A DNA stretch of 64,000 nucleotides from Candidatus Latescibacterota bacterium (GTDB lineage Bacteria > Latescibacterota > UBA2968). The notes under the pieces were generated by a model. The model saw nothing but the letters and a program-made list of their open reading frames with translations. It was not told where the DNA came from and made no database searches. Within the stretch, counting starts at the first letter, position 1. Every line of letters starts with the position of its first letter. The stretch lies in assembly GCA_965204375.1 (NCBI GenBank), contig OZ241986.1, positions 5,344,001-5,408,000 of the forward strand. The letters run 5' to 3'. Positions 18,964-29,662 of the stretch are shown here, piece by piece. The translations under genes were made by a program, and so were the position numbers.

Positions 18964-20142
18964 TCAATCCGCCGCGTCGCTGTGATCCATGGAGCAGAAT
19001 GCCTGATAGTCCATGAGTTCGGTGATGGTCGGATTGTCGCCGCATACAGGACAATTTTTGTCGCGGCGAATTTTGAATGTGTTGAAGTTCATTTGCAGGG
19101 CGTCGTACATCAGCAAGCGACCGATGAGTGGATCCCCTTGACCGAGTATGAGTTTGACAACTTCTGTGGCCTGCACGAGGCCAACTGTGCCGGGTAATAC
19201 GCCCAGCACGCCTGCTTCGTCTCACGACGGTGCCAGGTCCGCTGGCGGTGGCGCGGGGTAGAGGCAGCGGTAGCAAGGCCCCTCACCGTCGCACGTGTAC
19301 ACCGTGACCTGACCTTCAAAGCGGAAGATGCTGCCATCCACGATGGGTTTTTTTAAGAAGACACACGCATCGTTGACCAGGTAGCGCGTTGGAAAGTTGT
19401 CGCATCCGTTGACGATGATATCGTATTGGGGGAGGATGTCCATGATGTTGTCGGATGTGAGATAGTCGGTGTGTGGCACCACATCGCAACCGGGATTGAT
19501 TTCTTTGAGGGTCTCGTACGCCGAGATGGCTTTGAGACGACCCAGGTCAGATGTGCCGTGCAGTATCTGGCGTTGCAAGTTGGTGACATCGACGATGTCG
19601 GCATCGACGATCCCCAGTGTTCCAATGCCAGTCGCGGCGAGATAAAGTCCGGTTGGGCTGCCCAATCCGCCTGCGCCAATGAGGAGCACTTTGGCGTCGA
19701 GGAGTTTGCCCTGTCCGCGTTCTCCCACTTCGGGGATGAGGAGGTGACGGGAGTAGCGCTGTACTTCGGCTTTGTTGAGGGCGCGGTCCTGGTTGATGTC
19801 GAGACCGGCATTTTGCCAGGCGTCGATGTCGCCCTGTATATACGCGACGTCGGAATAGCCCATGTCTTGAAGGGCTTGTGCGGCCAATGCGCCCTGGCCC
19901 TGAGCACCATAGACTATGATTGCGCAGCTGCGGTCATTGTCCATGCTTTCTATGCGGAGTTCGAGAAAGCCGCGTGGCACGTTTTCTGCGCCGGGGATAT
20001 ATCCTTCGATATAATTTTCGCGCTCGCGCACGTCTATGAGCAGCGTGCCATTTGCGTGGATTTTCTCCTGTGCGCGTTCTGGAGAAAGTCCCGTGGTGCT
20101 GGCTTCTGCCCGTGCGACGAGCGTTTCATAAGTTGCACTCAT
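18964..20142 (-). CDS. moeB: Rhodanese-MoeB/ThiF adenylyltransferase fusion with in-frame UGA (probable selenocysteine)
   Basis: RYSRH, GAGGLG, NLQRQ, CYRC...PS(UGA at 19222-24)DEAGVLGVLPG...CPVC; ORFs 19222-20142 and 18964-19209 are in one frame. Confidence 0.85.
19187..19209 (-). promoter_or_regulatory. Putative bacterial SECIS element
   Basis: GTGCTGGG-CGTATTA-CCCGGCAC: 8-bp stem with G in the loop, 12 nt after the UGA. Confidence 0.6.
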
Positions 20143-20226
20143 GGCATGCCTTTCGGGTTGGTGTTTGGGGTCATTTTTGACGGGATTTAATGTAAGGTAT
20201 TTTTTTTTATCCGCAAGCCCGAAAAG

Positions 20227-21036
20227 TTAGACAATTGTGATTTCGGGCAGGTCGCTTTCCCGTTCTGCCAATGCGTCGGTAATGCGCGTGGCGATTTCGG
20301 AAAATGCGAGGTTTTCACCTGTTGCGATGGGCGCACCCGTGTCGCCGCCTTCGCGAATATTGGGCTGGATGGGGATTTGTCCGAGCAGGGGCAGGCCAAA
20401 TGCATCGGCGATGTGTTGCCCCCCGCCTTCGCCAAAGAGGGGCGTGCGGTCTCCGCAACACGGGCACAGGAAATAGCTCATGTTTTCGACAATGCCGAGG
20501 ATGGGAACTTCGACTTTGCGAAACATTTCGATGCCGCGATGTACGTCTTCCAGAGCGACATTTTGCGGGGTGGTGACTATGACCGCACCGCTGAGTGGCA
20601 CGGTTTGGGCAAGGGTGAGTTGTGCGTCGCCCGTGCCGGGGGGGAGATCGACGACGAGGTAGTCGAGTGCGCCCCATATTACGTCAACCATGAATTGCTG
20701 TATCATTCTGCCCACGATGGGACCGCGCCATATTATGGGGGCATTTTCTCCGGCGATGAGGCCGAGAGACATGAATTTGACATTGTGATTTTCAAGGGGC
20801 AGTATTTTTTGGCCTATTGACCTGGGTTGCGCTGTGCTGCCCATCATGATCGGTACGTTGGGACCGTAAATATCCGCGTCGAGCAAGCCGACCGCTGCGC
20901 CCTGTTTGGCGAGTGAGACCGCGAGGTTTACGCTAACTGTTGTTTTGCCTACGCCGCCTTTGCAACTGGATACTGCGACGATGTTTTTGACTTCGGGTAA
21001 GATTTCGGGGCGTTGGGGTCGGTCTGGTGTTGGCAT
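20227..21036 (-). CDS. mrp: Mrp/ApbC/NBP35 Fe-S cluster carrier ATPase
   Basis: CKGGVGKTT, DADIYGP, IWRGP, DLPPGTGD, ENMSYFLCPCC. Confidence 0.93.
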   Translation of the reverse strand: MPTPDRPQRPEILPEVKNIVAVSSCKGGVGKTTVSVNLAVSLAKQGAAVGLLDADIYGPNVPIMMGSTAQPRSIGQKILPLENHNVKFMSLGLIAGENAPIIWRGPIVGRMIQQFMVDVIWGALDYLVVDLPPGTGDAQLTLAQTVPLSGAVIVTTPQNVALEDVHRGIEMFRKVEVPILGIVENMSYFLCPCCGDRTPLFGEGGGQHIADAFGLPLLGQIPIQPNIREGGDTGAPIATGENLAFSEIATRITDALAERESDLPEITIV

Positions 21037-21053
21037 GGTGGCTCCGGGGATAT

Positions 21054-22214
21054 TTAATAGTTCGGCGATATTTCGCGCAGGCGATTGACTTCTTGAATCA
21101 CGCGTTCTGCAACATAGTCAATTTCTGTTTCGGTGTTGAATCGGCCAATGCCAAAGCGTATGCTGCACTGCGCCATGTCATTGCTGACGCCAATGGCTTT
21201 GAGTACGTAGGATGGTTCGAGAGATGCGGATGTACACGCCGAGCCGGATGAGAGGGCCACGTCTCGCAAGCTCATGAGCAGGCTTTCGCCATCCACGCCG
21301 GCAAAGCTGATGTTGAGGTTGCCCGGCAGGCGTTGTTCGGGATGGCCGTTGAGTTGTATCTGGGGCAGCGCGTTGAAGAGGTGGTTTTGCAGGCGATGGC
21401 GCAAGTTCTCACTGTGTTTTGCTTCGGTTTCGATGTGTTTTTGTGCGAGCGCACAGGCTTCTCCCAGGCCCACAATGCCCGGTACATTGAGGGTGCCAGA
21501 GCGCATGCCTTTTTCATGGCCCCCGCCGTCTATTTGGCCGACGAGGCGAACGCGCGGACGGCTGCGCACATAGAGTGCGCCCGCGCCTTTGGGTCCGTAG
21601 AGTTTGTGGGCAGAGATGGAGAGGAGGTCGATGTGCATGGCTTCGACGTCGAGAGGGTACTTGCCTATGGCCTGTGCTGCATCTGTGTGGAAATAGATGT
21701 TTTTTCCCCGGCAAATCGCTCCGATTTCTTCAATGGCCTGGCAGGTGCCGATTTCGTTGTTGGCCGCCATGATAGAGACGAGTACGGTGCTGTCTGTGAT
21801 GGCGTTTGCAATATCTGATGGGTCGGTAATACCGTGTGAATCTACGGGTAAGATTGTGACTGAGACGCCGTCGCGTTCCAGGGCACGGCAAGAGTCGAGG
21901 ACGGCGTGGTGTTCGGTGGCTTGCGTGATGATGTGCGGAGTTTTGGCTGCGGCGACCACGCCTTTGATGGCGAGGTTGTCGGATTCTGTGGCGCCACTGG
22001 TAAAGACGATGTCTTTGGGCTGTGCGTTGATGAGGCTGGCTATTTGTTCCCGCGCCAGATCAACAGCATCTTCGGCATGCCACCCAAAGGTGTGTGTGCG
22101 ACTGGCGGCATTGCCAAATCGGTCTTTGAGATAGGGCAACATTGCGTTGAGCACCCGTTCATCTATGGGTGTGGTGGCGTTGTTGTCGAGATATATGGGC
22201 AGTTGGGTAGGCAT
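21054..22214 (-). CDS. iscS: Cysteine desulfurase
   Basis: [34 protein letters not shown]. Confidence 0.93.
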   Translation of the reverse strand: MPTQLPIYLDNNATTPIDERVLNAMLPYLKDRFGNAASRTHTFGWHAEDAVDLAREQIASLINAQPKDIVFTSGATESDNLAIKGVVAAAKTPHIITQATEHHAVLDSCRALERDGVSVTILPVDSHGITDPSDIANAITDSTVLVSIMAANNEIGTCQAIEEIGAICRGKNIYFHTDAAQAIGKYPLDVEAMHIDLLSISAHKLYGPKGAGALYVRSRPRVRLVGQIDGGGHEKGMRSGTLNVPGIVGLGEACALAQKHIETEAKHSENLRHRLQNHLFNALPQIQLNGHPEQRLPGNLNISFAGVDGESLLMSLRDVALSSGSACTSASLEPSYVLKAIGVSNDMAQCSIRFGIGRFNTETEIDYVAERVIQEVNRLREISPNY

Positions 22215-22215
22215 G

Positions 22216-22358
22216 AAGAAGTGTGAAGTGAGAAGTGTGAAACCGTAGGGGCGGTGCCCCTGTATAAAAGCACTACGGGGCAGGCTCCTGTGCCCGCCCG
22301 TTGGGTGGCTGGGCAGGGCTCGTCTATTCGTCTATTCGTCTATTCGTTGATTCGCGCT
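22216..22358. repeat. Composite spacer: heptamer repeat, REP with nested hairpin, TCGTCTAT 8-mer repeat
   Basis: GAAGTGTGAAGTGAGAAGTGTGAA; GTAGGGGCGG[TGCCCCTGTATAAAAGCACTACGGGGCA]GGCTCCTGTGCCCGCCC; (TCGTCTAT)x3. Confidence 0.75.
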
Positions 22359-22392
22359 TTTTTGAATATACCCGATTTCGCATTGGCGTCAA

Positions 22393-23313
22393 TTACTCAA
22401 ATAGAGCCTGGACAAAGATTTCGGGATCAAAGTCGTCCAGGTCCTCAATGTCTTCTCCCAGGCCAATATAGCGCACGGGCAGGTCGAGTTCGTCGGCAAT
22501 GGCTATGATTACACCCCCTTTGGCTGTGCCGTCGAGTTTTGCGAGGACAAGGCCCGTGAGTTCGACTGTGCTGTGAAATTGTTTTGCCTGTATGACGGCG
22601 TTTTGTCCGGTGGTGGCATCGAGTACGAGCAGGGTTTCGTGGGGGGCACCGGGCATGGCTTTGGCGACGACGCGGCGGATTTTTTTGACTTCTTCCATGA
22701 GGTTGATTTTGGTGTGCAGGCGGCCCGCTGTGTCGATGAGTACGACGTCGATGTCGCGTGCTCTGGCTGCCTGAATGGCGTCGAATGCCACGGATGCTGC
22801 GTCTGCGCCCGGTTGGTGTTGCACGATGTCAGATCCCGTGCGGTTGGCCCAGATGCCGAGTTGGTCAATGGCTGCTGCCCGAAATGTGTCTCCCGCAGCA
22901 AAGAGTACTTTTTTGCCTTCGCGGCTGAGTTTGTGAGCCATTTTGCCAATGGTGGTGGTTTTGCCCACGCCGTTGACGCCTACGACGAGGATGATGTGGG
23001 GTTTGGTTGTGATTGCGATAGATGGCGCGGTATCTGAGGGCAGGAGGATTTTGCGAATTTCTTCTTCGAGAAATTCCTGGATTTCCGGGTTTTCAACGGG
23101 TTCGCCAGTTTCAAAGCGTTCGCGCAGTTGGTCAATTATGCGGAGGGTGGGTTCTACGCCAACGTCGGCTTCTATGAGAATTTCTTCTATTTCTTCAAGG
23201 GTTTCTTCGTCGATTTCAGGACGCCGCCGAATGACTTCTCGGATTTTTTGTACCATGCCTTCTCGGGTTTTGGTCAGTCCTGTTTTCAGTTTGTCGATTA
23301 ATTTTCCGAGCAT
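22393..23313 (-). CDS. ftsY: Signal recognition particle receptor FtsY
   Basis: [31 protein letters not shown]. Confidence 0.96.
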   Translation of the reverse strand: MLGKLIDKLKTGLTKTREGMVQKIREVIRRRPEIDEETLEEIEEILIEADVGVEPTLRIIDQLRERFETGEPVENPEIQEFLEEEIRKILLPSDTAPSIAITTKPHIILVVGVNGVGKTTTIGKMAHKLSREGKKVLFAAGDTFRAAAIDQLGIWANRTGSDIVQHQPGADAASVAFDAIQAARARDIDVVLIDTAGRLHTKINLMEEVKKIRRVVAKAMPGAPHETLLVLDATTGQNAVIQAKQFHSTVELTGLVLAKLDGTAKGGVIIAIADELDLPVRYIGLGEDIEDLDDFDPEIFVQALFE

Positions 23314-23520
23314 GAAAATTCCTTAATGTTTGCGAAAAGATGTAGGGGACGTTACAACAGGGCAGAAGATACACAAAACGGATTTTTTTGCCAAAAAAAG
23401 ACTGTTTGTCAGGAAGATTTTGATTTGACACTAAAGAGGAATTTTCTTATATGTGAAATACAAGAGAAAGAAATAATGCGATGCAGTCGGATACGATTGC
23501 TTAAATAGGAGGGTCAAAGA

Positions 23521-24063
23521 ATGAAGATTCAATTGGCAATATTGGCAACGCTGGTGGTTGTGGCGACGGGATATGCAGAGGATGTTATGAAAGATAATGG
23601 TATTGTTGAGAGAGAGGTTATGGAGGCCCAAAAAATTTGGGGCGAAGCAATTGTCGCTATCGGTGAAGCATATACGCAAAAAAAGGACTATAAGGCACTG
23701 GCCGAAAAGGTCGTCAATACGTTATATGGTTATGATGAAGGCGTGGTTCTATTTAAGCCTACGAAGGCGTCAGAAAAACAATTTCGATTAACAAAAGAAG
23801 AAGCGGTATCTTATTTTGTGACTGGTATTGTACCTGAAGATCGCGGTTTTGCTATCGAGCCTTGGAGCAAAGTCCGATTTGAGAACGCTGATATTATTAT
23901 TAACGGCGACTCGGCCATTGCAATGGGTAATTACTATTTTACAGATGCGAATACCGGAAAAGAAGCCAAAGTGGAGTTCTCGTTTGGCTATTTTAAGGAT
24001 GAGAATGGCAAGTTGCGTATCAATGTACATCATTCGTCATTTCCGTACAAACCGATGCCTTGA
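23521..24063 (+). CDS. Secreted NTF2/SnoaL-fold protein, COG4337-like putative iota carbonic anhydrase
   Basis: Signal peptide; VLFKPT, SYFV, GFAIEPW, AMGNYYF and C-terminal HHSSFPY motif. Confidence 0.7.
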   Translation: MKIQLAILATLVVVATGYAEDVMKDNGIVEREVMEAQKIWGEAIVAIGEAYTQKKDYKALAEKVVNTLYGYDEGVVLFKPTKASEKQFRLTKEEAVSYFVTGIVPEDRGFAIEPWSKVRFENADIIINGDSAIAMGNYYFTDANTGKEAKVEFSFGYFKDENGKLRINVHHSSFPYKPMP

Positions 24064-24114
24064 GTCTGCATGATGACAAAATCATCGGATGTGTGAAAGC
24101 GAATTTGTACGAAC

Positions 24115-24157
24115 AAAAAAGAACCCGCAATCGTTCGGTGGTTGCGGGTTCTTTTTT
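24115..24157. terminator. Bidirectional terminator
   Basis: AAAAAAGAACCCGCAAT...GTTGCGGGTTCTTTTTT. Confidence 0.85.
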
Positions 24158-24181
24158 GTGGTTAATGTCTATGATTCCATT

Positions 24182-24430
24182 TTACAGAAACTTCATGACA
24201 GCAGCAAAAACCAATAGGGCAACTATCGTTGTGGGAACATACCACTTTATCAAATCATCAATCCGGACATTGAGCCGCGCTTCGAGATTTTCTTGCCCTT
24301 GCTTCAGGTCCTTTAAGTCCTGTTTTACATCTGAAAGTTGTTCTTTGATAAATTCCAGGTTCGTCTCAAGGGCTATCATCCGTTGTTCCTGTTCATGAGT
24401 TGCGTCGTTATTTTTCGTCTCTGTGCTCAT
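24182..24430 (-). CDS. Small coiled-coil protein with C-terminal TM helix
   Basis: AAGGAG RBS; heptad pattern followed by WYVPTTIVALLVFAAVMKFL. Confidence 0.7.
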   Translation of the reverse strand: MSTETKNNDATHEQEQRMIALETNLEFIKEQLSDVKQDLKDLKQGQENLEARLNVRIDDLIKWYVPTTIVALLVFAAVMKFL

Positions 24431-24521
24431 AGCGATATCTCCTTTTAGATGAATAATTGCATAACAGAATATAAGACAAATTTAATTTTGGTAAATATTT
24501 TTTCTTTTTTTCGCGCTCTCA

Positions 24522-25946
24522 TCAACTGATCAGTGCGCGTGCGGCGCGTGCGGCCATGTCCCAGAAGGGACCGGGGAGGGTGCCCATTGCGATTACGAGG
24601 ATGATGGTCGCCATTGCGGTGACGGCGATGAGGGGTGTGGGTTTGATGGTGTTCTGTGTGGTGGGTTCTACCCAGTAGAGTTGGCGGATGATGAGGAGAT
24701 AATAATACAGGGCGACCGCGGCGTTGATGGCTGCGATGAGGACGAGATAGAATTGTCCGCGTTGGAGGGCAGCGGAGAAGAGGAACCATTTGCCGACAAA
24801 ACCCACTGTGGGGGGGAGGCCAATGAGGCCAAATAGGCCGATGAGTAAGGTGAAGGAGAGGAATGGCGCGCGTTTGTAAAGGCCAGATACGGAGTCGATG
24901 GTGATGCGGTCTTCGCTACGACCGACTTCACAGATGACGAGGAAGCACGCAAAGGACATGGCAAAGTAGCCAATGGCGTAAAAGAGGGCGGCGGTAAGAC
25001 CCCATTCGGCGAAGGTTTGAAGGGCGAGGAGTACGTAACCGGCGTGGGCAACTGTGGAATAACCGAGCAGGCGTTTGAGGTCTTTTTGCGCGAGTGCAGC
25101 CAGGTTGCCCAGGCTCATTGCGATGACGCTTGCCCACATGAGTGCGGTTTGGGCGTGGCCCGATTCCCAGCCACCGGGCATGGCGAGGGATAATAGGCGG
25201 CAGAGGATGCCGATGGCGGCGATTTTGGAAACGGTGGCGATGAATGTGATGATGGGATGGGGTGCGGTTTCATAGGTGTCGGGTGCCCAAAAGTGGAAGG
25301 GGAATGCGCCGAGTTTGAAGAAGAAGCCAGCGAGTGTGAGTAGCAGGCCCAGATAGAAGATGGGTTGCGCGGTGGCGTGTGGGATGCTGATGGCAGAGAA
25401 GTAGGTGGAGCCAAATGTGCCAAAGAGGAAGCTCATGCCGTAGAGCGAGATGGCCGAGGCTGCCATGCCCTGTACCATGTATTTGGTGGCACTTTCTCCG
25501 CCGATGTCCGCATTGCGGTGAAGGGCAACGACGATATAGACGGGGTAGGCGGCCAATTCCATAGCGACATAGAGGGTGAGGAGTTCGGTCGCGCTGACCA
25601 TCATCATCATGCCGAGTGTGGAGAAGATAAAGAAAAGAGGGACTTCGAGCCAACCATTGCGGTCAACCGTGAGGGGATTGGCACTGGCGATGACGACAAA
25701 TAGGAATCCAACTGCGAGTGCAGTTTTGATCAATTGGGAGAAGAAGTCAACCGCGTATATGCCCGGGAAGAAGGGTTCGCCTTCAAGGGGTAGAGTCCAG
25801 AGACAGGCGGCGACCATGGTTATGCCCGATGCTATGGCAATGCCCCGGGTTGTGCGATAGGACCAGTTGAGTACTGTGCAGAAGAAGAGCACGAGACCCA
25901 TGAGCAGGCAAATGAGTTCTGGCGCGAAGAGTATTGCGTTTTCCAT
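24522..25946 (-). CDS. nuoN: Complex I subunit N
   Basis: Antiporter-like; ESATKY, FKLGAFPFHFWAPDTYE, KRLLGYS. Confidence 0.92.
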   Translation of the reverse strand: MENAILFAPELICLLMGLVLFFCTVLNWSYRTTRGIAIASGITMVAACLWTLPLEGEPFFPGIYAVDFFSQLIKTALAVGFLFVVIASANPLTVDRNGWLEVPLFFIFSTLGMMMMVSATELLTLYVAMELAAYPVYIVVALHRNADIGGESATKYMVQGMAASAISLYGMSFLFGTFGSTYFSAISIPHATAQPIFYLGLLLTLAGFFFKLGAFPFHFWAPDTYETAPHPIITFIATVSKIAAIGILCRLLSLAMPGGWESGHAQTALMWASVIAMSLGNLAALAQKDLKRLLGYSTVAHAGYVLLALQTFAEWGLTAALFYAIGYFAMSFACFLVICEVGRSEDRITIDSVSGLYKRAPFLSFTLLIGLFGLIGLPPTVGFVGKWFLFSAALQRGQFYLVLIAAINAAVALYYYLLIIRQLYWVEPTTQNTIKPTPLIAVTAMATIILVIAMGTLPGPFWDMAARAARALIS

Positions 25947-25947
25947 G

Positions 25948-27423
25948 TTAGAAATTACCCAAAAAAGCTATTGTCGTGCTGTTGATCAGGTCGAGCATGA
26001 GACGGGGTACAAAGCCGAAGATTACGAGTACGGCGATTAGTATGGCGCGCGGTATCAGGTGCAGGCCAGACATGTCCTGTGCTTTCAGATTTTCCCATTT
26101 CGGATTTGGTGCACCAAAAAAGGCCAGGTTGAAGACGCGCAAGATGTAAACCGCGGTGAGTACGAGGCCGAGGATGACGATGACGCCGGCGATGGGGTAC
26201 GTCTTCAGGGCTGCGAGGAAGACGAGTAATTCGGCCCAAAAGCTCGCCAGACCGGGCAACCCGGCACCACACAGGCCAGCGACGATGAAGATGGAGACTG
26301 CGCGGGGCATCTGCTTGCCAAGACCGCCAAAGTCGCCAATGGTTTTGGAGTGGGATTTGTCGTAGATATATCCCGCGGTGCTGAAAAATAGGGCGGTCAT
26401 GATGCCGTGGGCAAACATCTGGAAGACTGCGCCGTTGAGGGCGTCGGTAGCAACGACCTGGCCGAGGATTGCGAGGTTGAGGCCGAGGAGGACGATGCCC
26501 ATATGAGATACAGATGAAAAGCCGATGACAAATTTGAAGTCGGTCTGTCGCATGGCGACATAAGCTCCGTAGATGATCCCTATGACGGCCAATACCACGA
26601 AGGTCGGTGCCCAGTATGCAGCGCCTTCGGGTAGCAGGCGAATGCCCACCGTGAGTATGCCATAAGCGCCGAGTTTCATCAGGACGCCCGCGTGTAGCAT
26701 GGATACCGCAGATGGCGCGGCAACGTGTCCCGTGGGCGACCAGCCGTGGAAGGGGAACAGGCCAGCTAAGACGCCAAAGCCAATGTAGATGAAGGGATAG
26801 ACAAATATTTGGAATTGGGGATCGAATGTGTGTGCGGACAGGGCAATGAGGTCAAAGGTGTTGAGGCCCGCGTGGTGATAGATGGCGAGGAGACCGGGAA
26901 AGAGGAGCGCGCTGCCGGCGAGGAGGAAGAGCATGAGTTTCATGCCGGCATAAGCTCTGTTGCCGCTGCCCCATATCAGGATGAGGGGGTACATGGGGAC
27001 GACGGCGATTTCGTAAAAGAAGAAGAAGAAGAAGAGGTCCAGCGACATGAAGACGCCGAAGACGCCGATGACGAGGAGTACCATGAAGGCGAAATATTCT
27101 TTTACGCGCTCTTCGAGGTGCCACATGGTGAGTACCCCGGTGAAATAGACGATGGCGTTGAGCATGACGAGGATGACGCCGAATGCGTCAACGCCGAGGT
27201 GATAGGAGATGCCAATGGCTGCGACCCAGGGGATCATTTCTTCAAATTGAATACCGCCGCTTGTGGGGTCATAACCCGTCCAGAGTTGCAGACTCAACAC
27301 ACAGGTCAATAAGCCGCTGAAGGCGCATATCAGCCGAATACTCCGCACGGCCTTTTGGGGCATGAGCAAAAGGATGATGAGGGTGATGACGGGCGTGAGA
27401 AGTATGGATGAGAGAAGTGGCAT
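25948..27423 (-). CDS. nuoM: Complex I subunit M
   Basis: DLFFFFFFYE, FPFHGWSP, GVLMKLGAYG, HGIMTA; start probably 27423. Confidence 0.92.
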   Translation of the reverse strand: MPLLSSILLTPVITLIILLLMPQKAVRSIRLICAFSGLLTCVLSLQLWTGYDPTSGGIQFEEMIPWVAAIGISYHLGVDAFGVILVMLNAIVYFTGVLTMWHLEERVKEYFAFMVLLVIGVFGVFMSLDLFFFFFFYEIAVVPMYPLILIWGSGNRAYAGMKLMLFLLAGSALLFPGLLAIYHHAGLNTFDLIALSAHTFDPQFQIFVYPFIYIGFGVLAGLFPFHGWSPTGHVAAPSAVSMLHAGVLMKLGAYGILTVGIRLLPEGAAYWAPTFVVLAVIGIIYGAYVAMRQTDFKFVIGFSSVSHMGIVLLGLNLAILGQVVATDALNGAVFQMFAHGIMTALFFSTAGYIYDKSHSKTIGDFGGLGKQMPRAVSIFIVAGLCGAGLPGLASFWAELLVFLAALKTYPIAGVIVILGLVLTAVYILRVFNLAFFGAPNPKWENLKAQDMSGLHLIPRAILIAVLVIFGFVPRLMLDLINSTTIAFLGNF

Positions 27424-27424
27424 A

Positions 27425-27524
27425 AATGAAGTGTGAAGTAAGAAGTGTGAAGTAAAAAGTGTGAACAATCGTAGGGGCGAGGCATGCCTCGCCCGATGTG
27501 GTAGGGGCGAAAAATTTTTCGCCC
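27425..27524. repeat. Heptamer tandem repeat plus two GTAG REPs between nuoL and nuoM
   Basis: (GAAGTGT/GAAGTAA)n at 27425-27465; REPs at 27471 and 27501. Confidence 0.8.
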
Positions 27525-27533
27525 AGCCGCCTC

Positions 27534-29360
27534 CTATCGCAATCCGAGGTAAAGTGCGACAACGGCCAATAAGATGATGGCCCAGCCGAGATAGAGTTGC
27601 ATCCAGCCGCCCTGTACGCGGGTTGATTTTGCGCCGGTGCGCAAGATGCCGAGGCCAAAGCGGTCGTAGTTTCCGTCGAGGATGTGGTTTTCAGTCCAGT
27701 GCAAGATGCGGGATAGCGCGTGGGTGATGGCGACAATGGTGACGCGATAGATGTCGTCGATGTACCATTTGTTTGTGAACAGGGTATTGAGTGGTGCGAT
27801 TTTGCTGATGAATCCCGTGCGCGGTGCGTTGTCGCGTCCATAGTCGAGATAGGCGATCAGAATGCCGAGGATGACGACGCCTACTGTGGGTATCATCAAT
27901 ATGACGCTGTGGTGTTGTGGTATGAGGCCCAGGCCCTGAGCGATGTTGGCACCAAAGAAGCCGAGTACGATTGCGCCCAGGGTGAGGATCAAGACGGGGG
28001 CTTTCATGTTCATGGGTTCGGGATGGCTGTGGTCGTTGGTGGATGTCCGATCGGGTTTTGTGATGAGGAAAATCATGCGGAATGTGTAATAGGCCGTGAG
28101 AAAGGCCGCGAGAAATGCACCGGCCATGTAGATGTTGAAGCCATTGTGCCCCAGTTGGGCAAAAATTTCTTCTTTGCTCCAGAATCCCGCCAGTGGGGGA
28201 ACGCCCGATAGGGCAGCACCACCGATGAGGAGGCCAAGGGTTGCAGCTTTGAGGCGGCGGCCGCCACTGCGACCAATTTCTGCCATGCTGTTGGTGTGAT
28301 AGGCGTGGATGTAAATGCCCGAGCAGAGGAAGAGTAAGGCTTTGAAAAAGGCGTGGGTGATCAGGTGAAATACTCCTGCGAAGAGGCTGCCAGCAGCGAG
28401 TGCCATGAGCATGAAGCCGAGCTGGCTGATGGACGAATAGGCGAGTACTTTTTTGATGTCGGTATCGACCATTGCTATGGTCGATGCGAGGATCGCGGTG
28501 AAGGTGGCGATGCTCAGGACGATGAGTGCTGTGTCTTGCGCTGCCATAAAGAGCGGGTGCAGGCGGATCATGAGAAAGACGCCCGCGGCGACCATGGTGG
28601 CAGAGTGCAACAGGGCGCTGACCGGGGTGGGGCCTTCCATGGCGTCGGGCAGCCAGGTGTGCAATGGGAATTGCGCGCTTTTGCCCATGATGCCAATGAA
28701 GATGAGCAGTGTGATTGCGTTGAGCAAGCCCGGCGATATTTGTGTTGAGAGACCAGTTTGAGGGTCTAAGAGGGTGGGGATGTCGAAGTTTGAAACGAGT
28801 TGGAGGATGAGCAATATGCCGATGAAGAGGCCGACGTCGCCCACGCGGGTCATGAGAAAGGCTTTGCGCGCGGCTGCGGCTGCTTCGGGTTTTTCAAACC
28901 AGAAACCGATGAGGAAAAACGAAGATAGGCCGACGAGTTCCCAAAAGATGAAAGATTGCAGGAGATCGACGGCATAGACAAAGCTGAGCATGGACCAGGC
29001 AAAGAAGCTGAGCATTGCGAAATAGCGCGTTTTGCCCGGGTCTTGCGCCATGTAGCCTACTGAATAGAGCATGATGCAGGCGGTGATGAAGGCGACGACA
29101 ACGCCAAACATAAGGCTTGGACCATCGAGGATGAAGCCGAATTGGAGTTGTATTGCACCGCTTTGAAACCACAAAAATCGCAGGGGTTCAACGGGTCCCT
29201 GTACGAGAAGGGCGATGGCGCTCAAGAGGGATACCGCGCTGCCGAACAGGACCAATCCCTGAGCTATTCGAGGTTGTTGTACGAGAAAGATGATGGCGAT
29301 GATAAAACACGCCAGGGGAGAGATTGTCGTTAAGAGTATGAGTGAGAGAGTGTCCATCAA
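27534..29360 (-). CDS. nuoL: Complex I subunit L
   Basis: FWELVGLSS, KSAQFPLHTWLPDAMEGPTPVSALLHSATMV, HAFFKALLF. Confidence 0.95.
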   Translation of the reverse strand: MMDTLSLILLTTISPLACFIIAIIFLVQQPRIAQGLVLFGSAVSLLSAIALLVQGPVEPLRFLWFQSGAIQLQFGFILDGPSLMFGVVVAFITACIMLYSVGYMAQDPGKTRYFAMLSFFAWSMLSFVYAVDLLQSFIFWELVGLSSFFLIGFWFEKPEAAAAARKAFLMTRVGDVGLFIGILLILQLVSNFDIPTLLDPQTGLSTQISPGLLNAITLLIFIGIMGKSAQFPLHTWLPDAMEGPTPVSALLHSATMVAAGVFLMIRLHPLFMAAQDTALIVLSIATFTAILASTIAMVDTDIKKVLAYSSISQLGFMLMALAAGSLFAGVFHLITHAFFKALLFLCSGIYIHAYHTNSMAEIGRSGGRRLKAATLGLLIGGAALSGVPPLAGFWSKEEIFAQLGHNGFNIYMAGAFLAAFLTAYYTFRMIFLITKPDRTSTNDHSHPEPMNMKAPVLILTLGAIVLGFFGANIAQGLGLIPQHHSVILMIPTVGVVILGILIAYLDYGRDNAPRTGFISKIAPLNTLFTNKWYIDDIYRVTIVAITHALSRILHWTENHILDGNYDRFGLGILRTGAKSTRVQGGWMQLYLGWAIILLAVVALYLGLR

Positions 29361-29662
29361 CCGCTCAGTTTGGTGAGTTTTTCCGCATCTATCTCGTGGT
29401 ATGCCCGATAGATGCGCAGGATGATCGATAAAAAGATAGCGACTTCGGCGGCTGCCAGCCCAATGATGATGAGGACGAAGACCTGGCCGGTCGTTGGGTC
29501 GGTGACGACAAACCGGTTAAAGGCCATCAGGTTTAAGCTGGCGGCATTCATCATGAGTTCGATGCCGATGAGCAGGGCTATGAGGTTGCGATGGGATAGT
29601 GCGCCGATCAAACCGAGTGAAAACAGGGCAGCGCCTACCAAAAGATAGGATTCGAGGGTCAA
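29357..29662 (-). CDS. nuoK: Complex I subunit K
   Basis: IELMMNA, GLAAAEVA. Confidence 0.92.
   Translation of the reverse strand: MTLESYLLVGAALFSLGLIGALSHRNLIALLIGIELMMNAASLNLMAFNRFVVTDPTTGQVFVLIIIGLAAAEVAIFLSIILRIYRAYHEIDAEKLTKLSG

Noticed and set aside
19222-19224. moeB nonsense pseudogene
   Set aside because: The stop is UGA at a conserved Cys with an intact downstream frame and a hairpin; Sec is more likely, though unproven.
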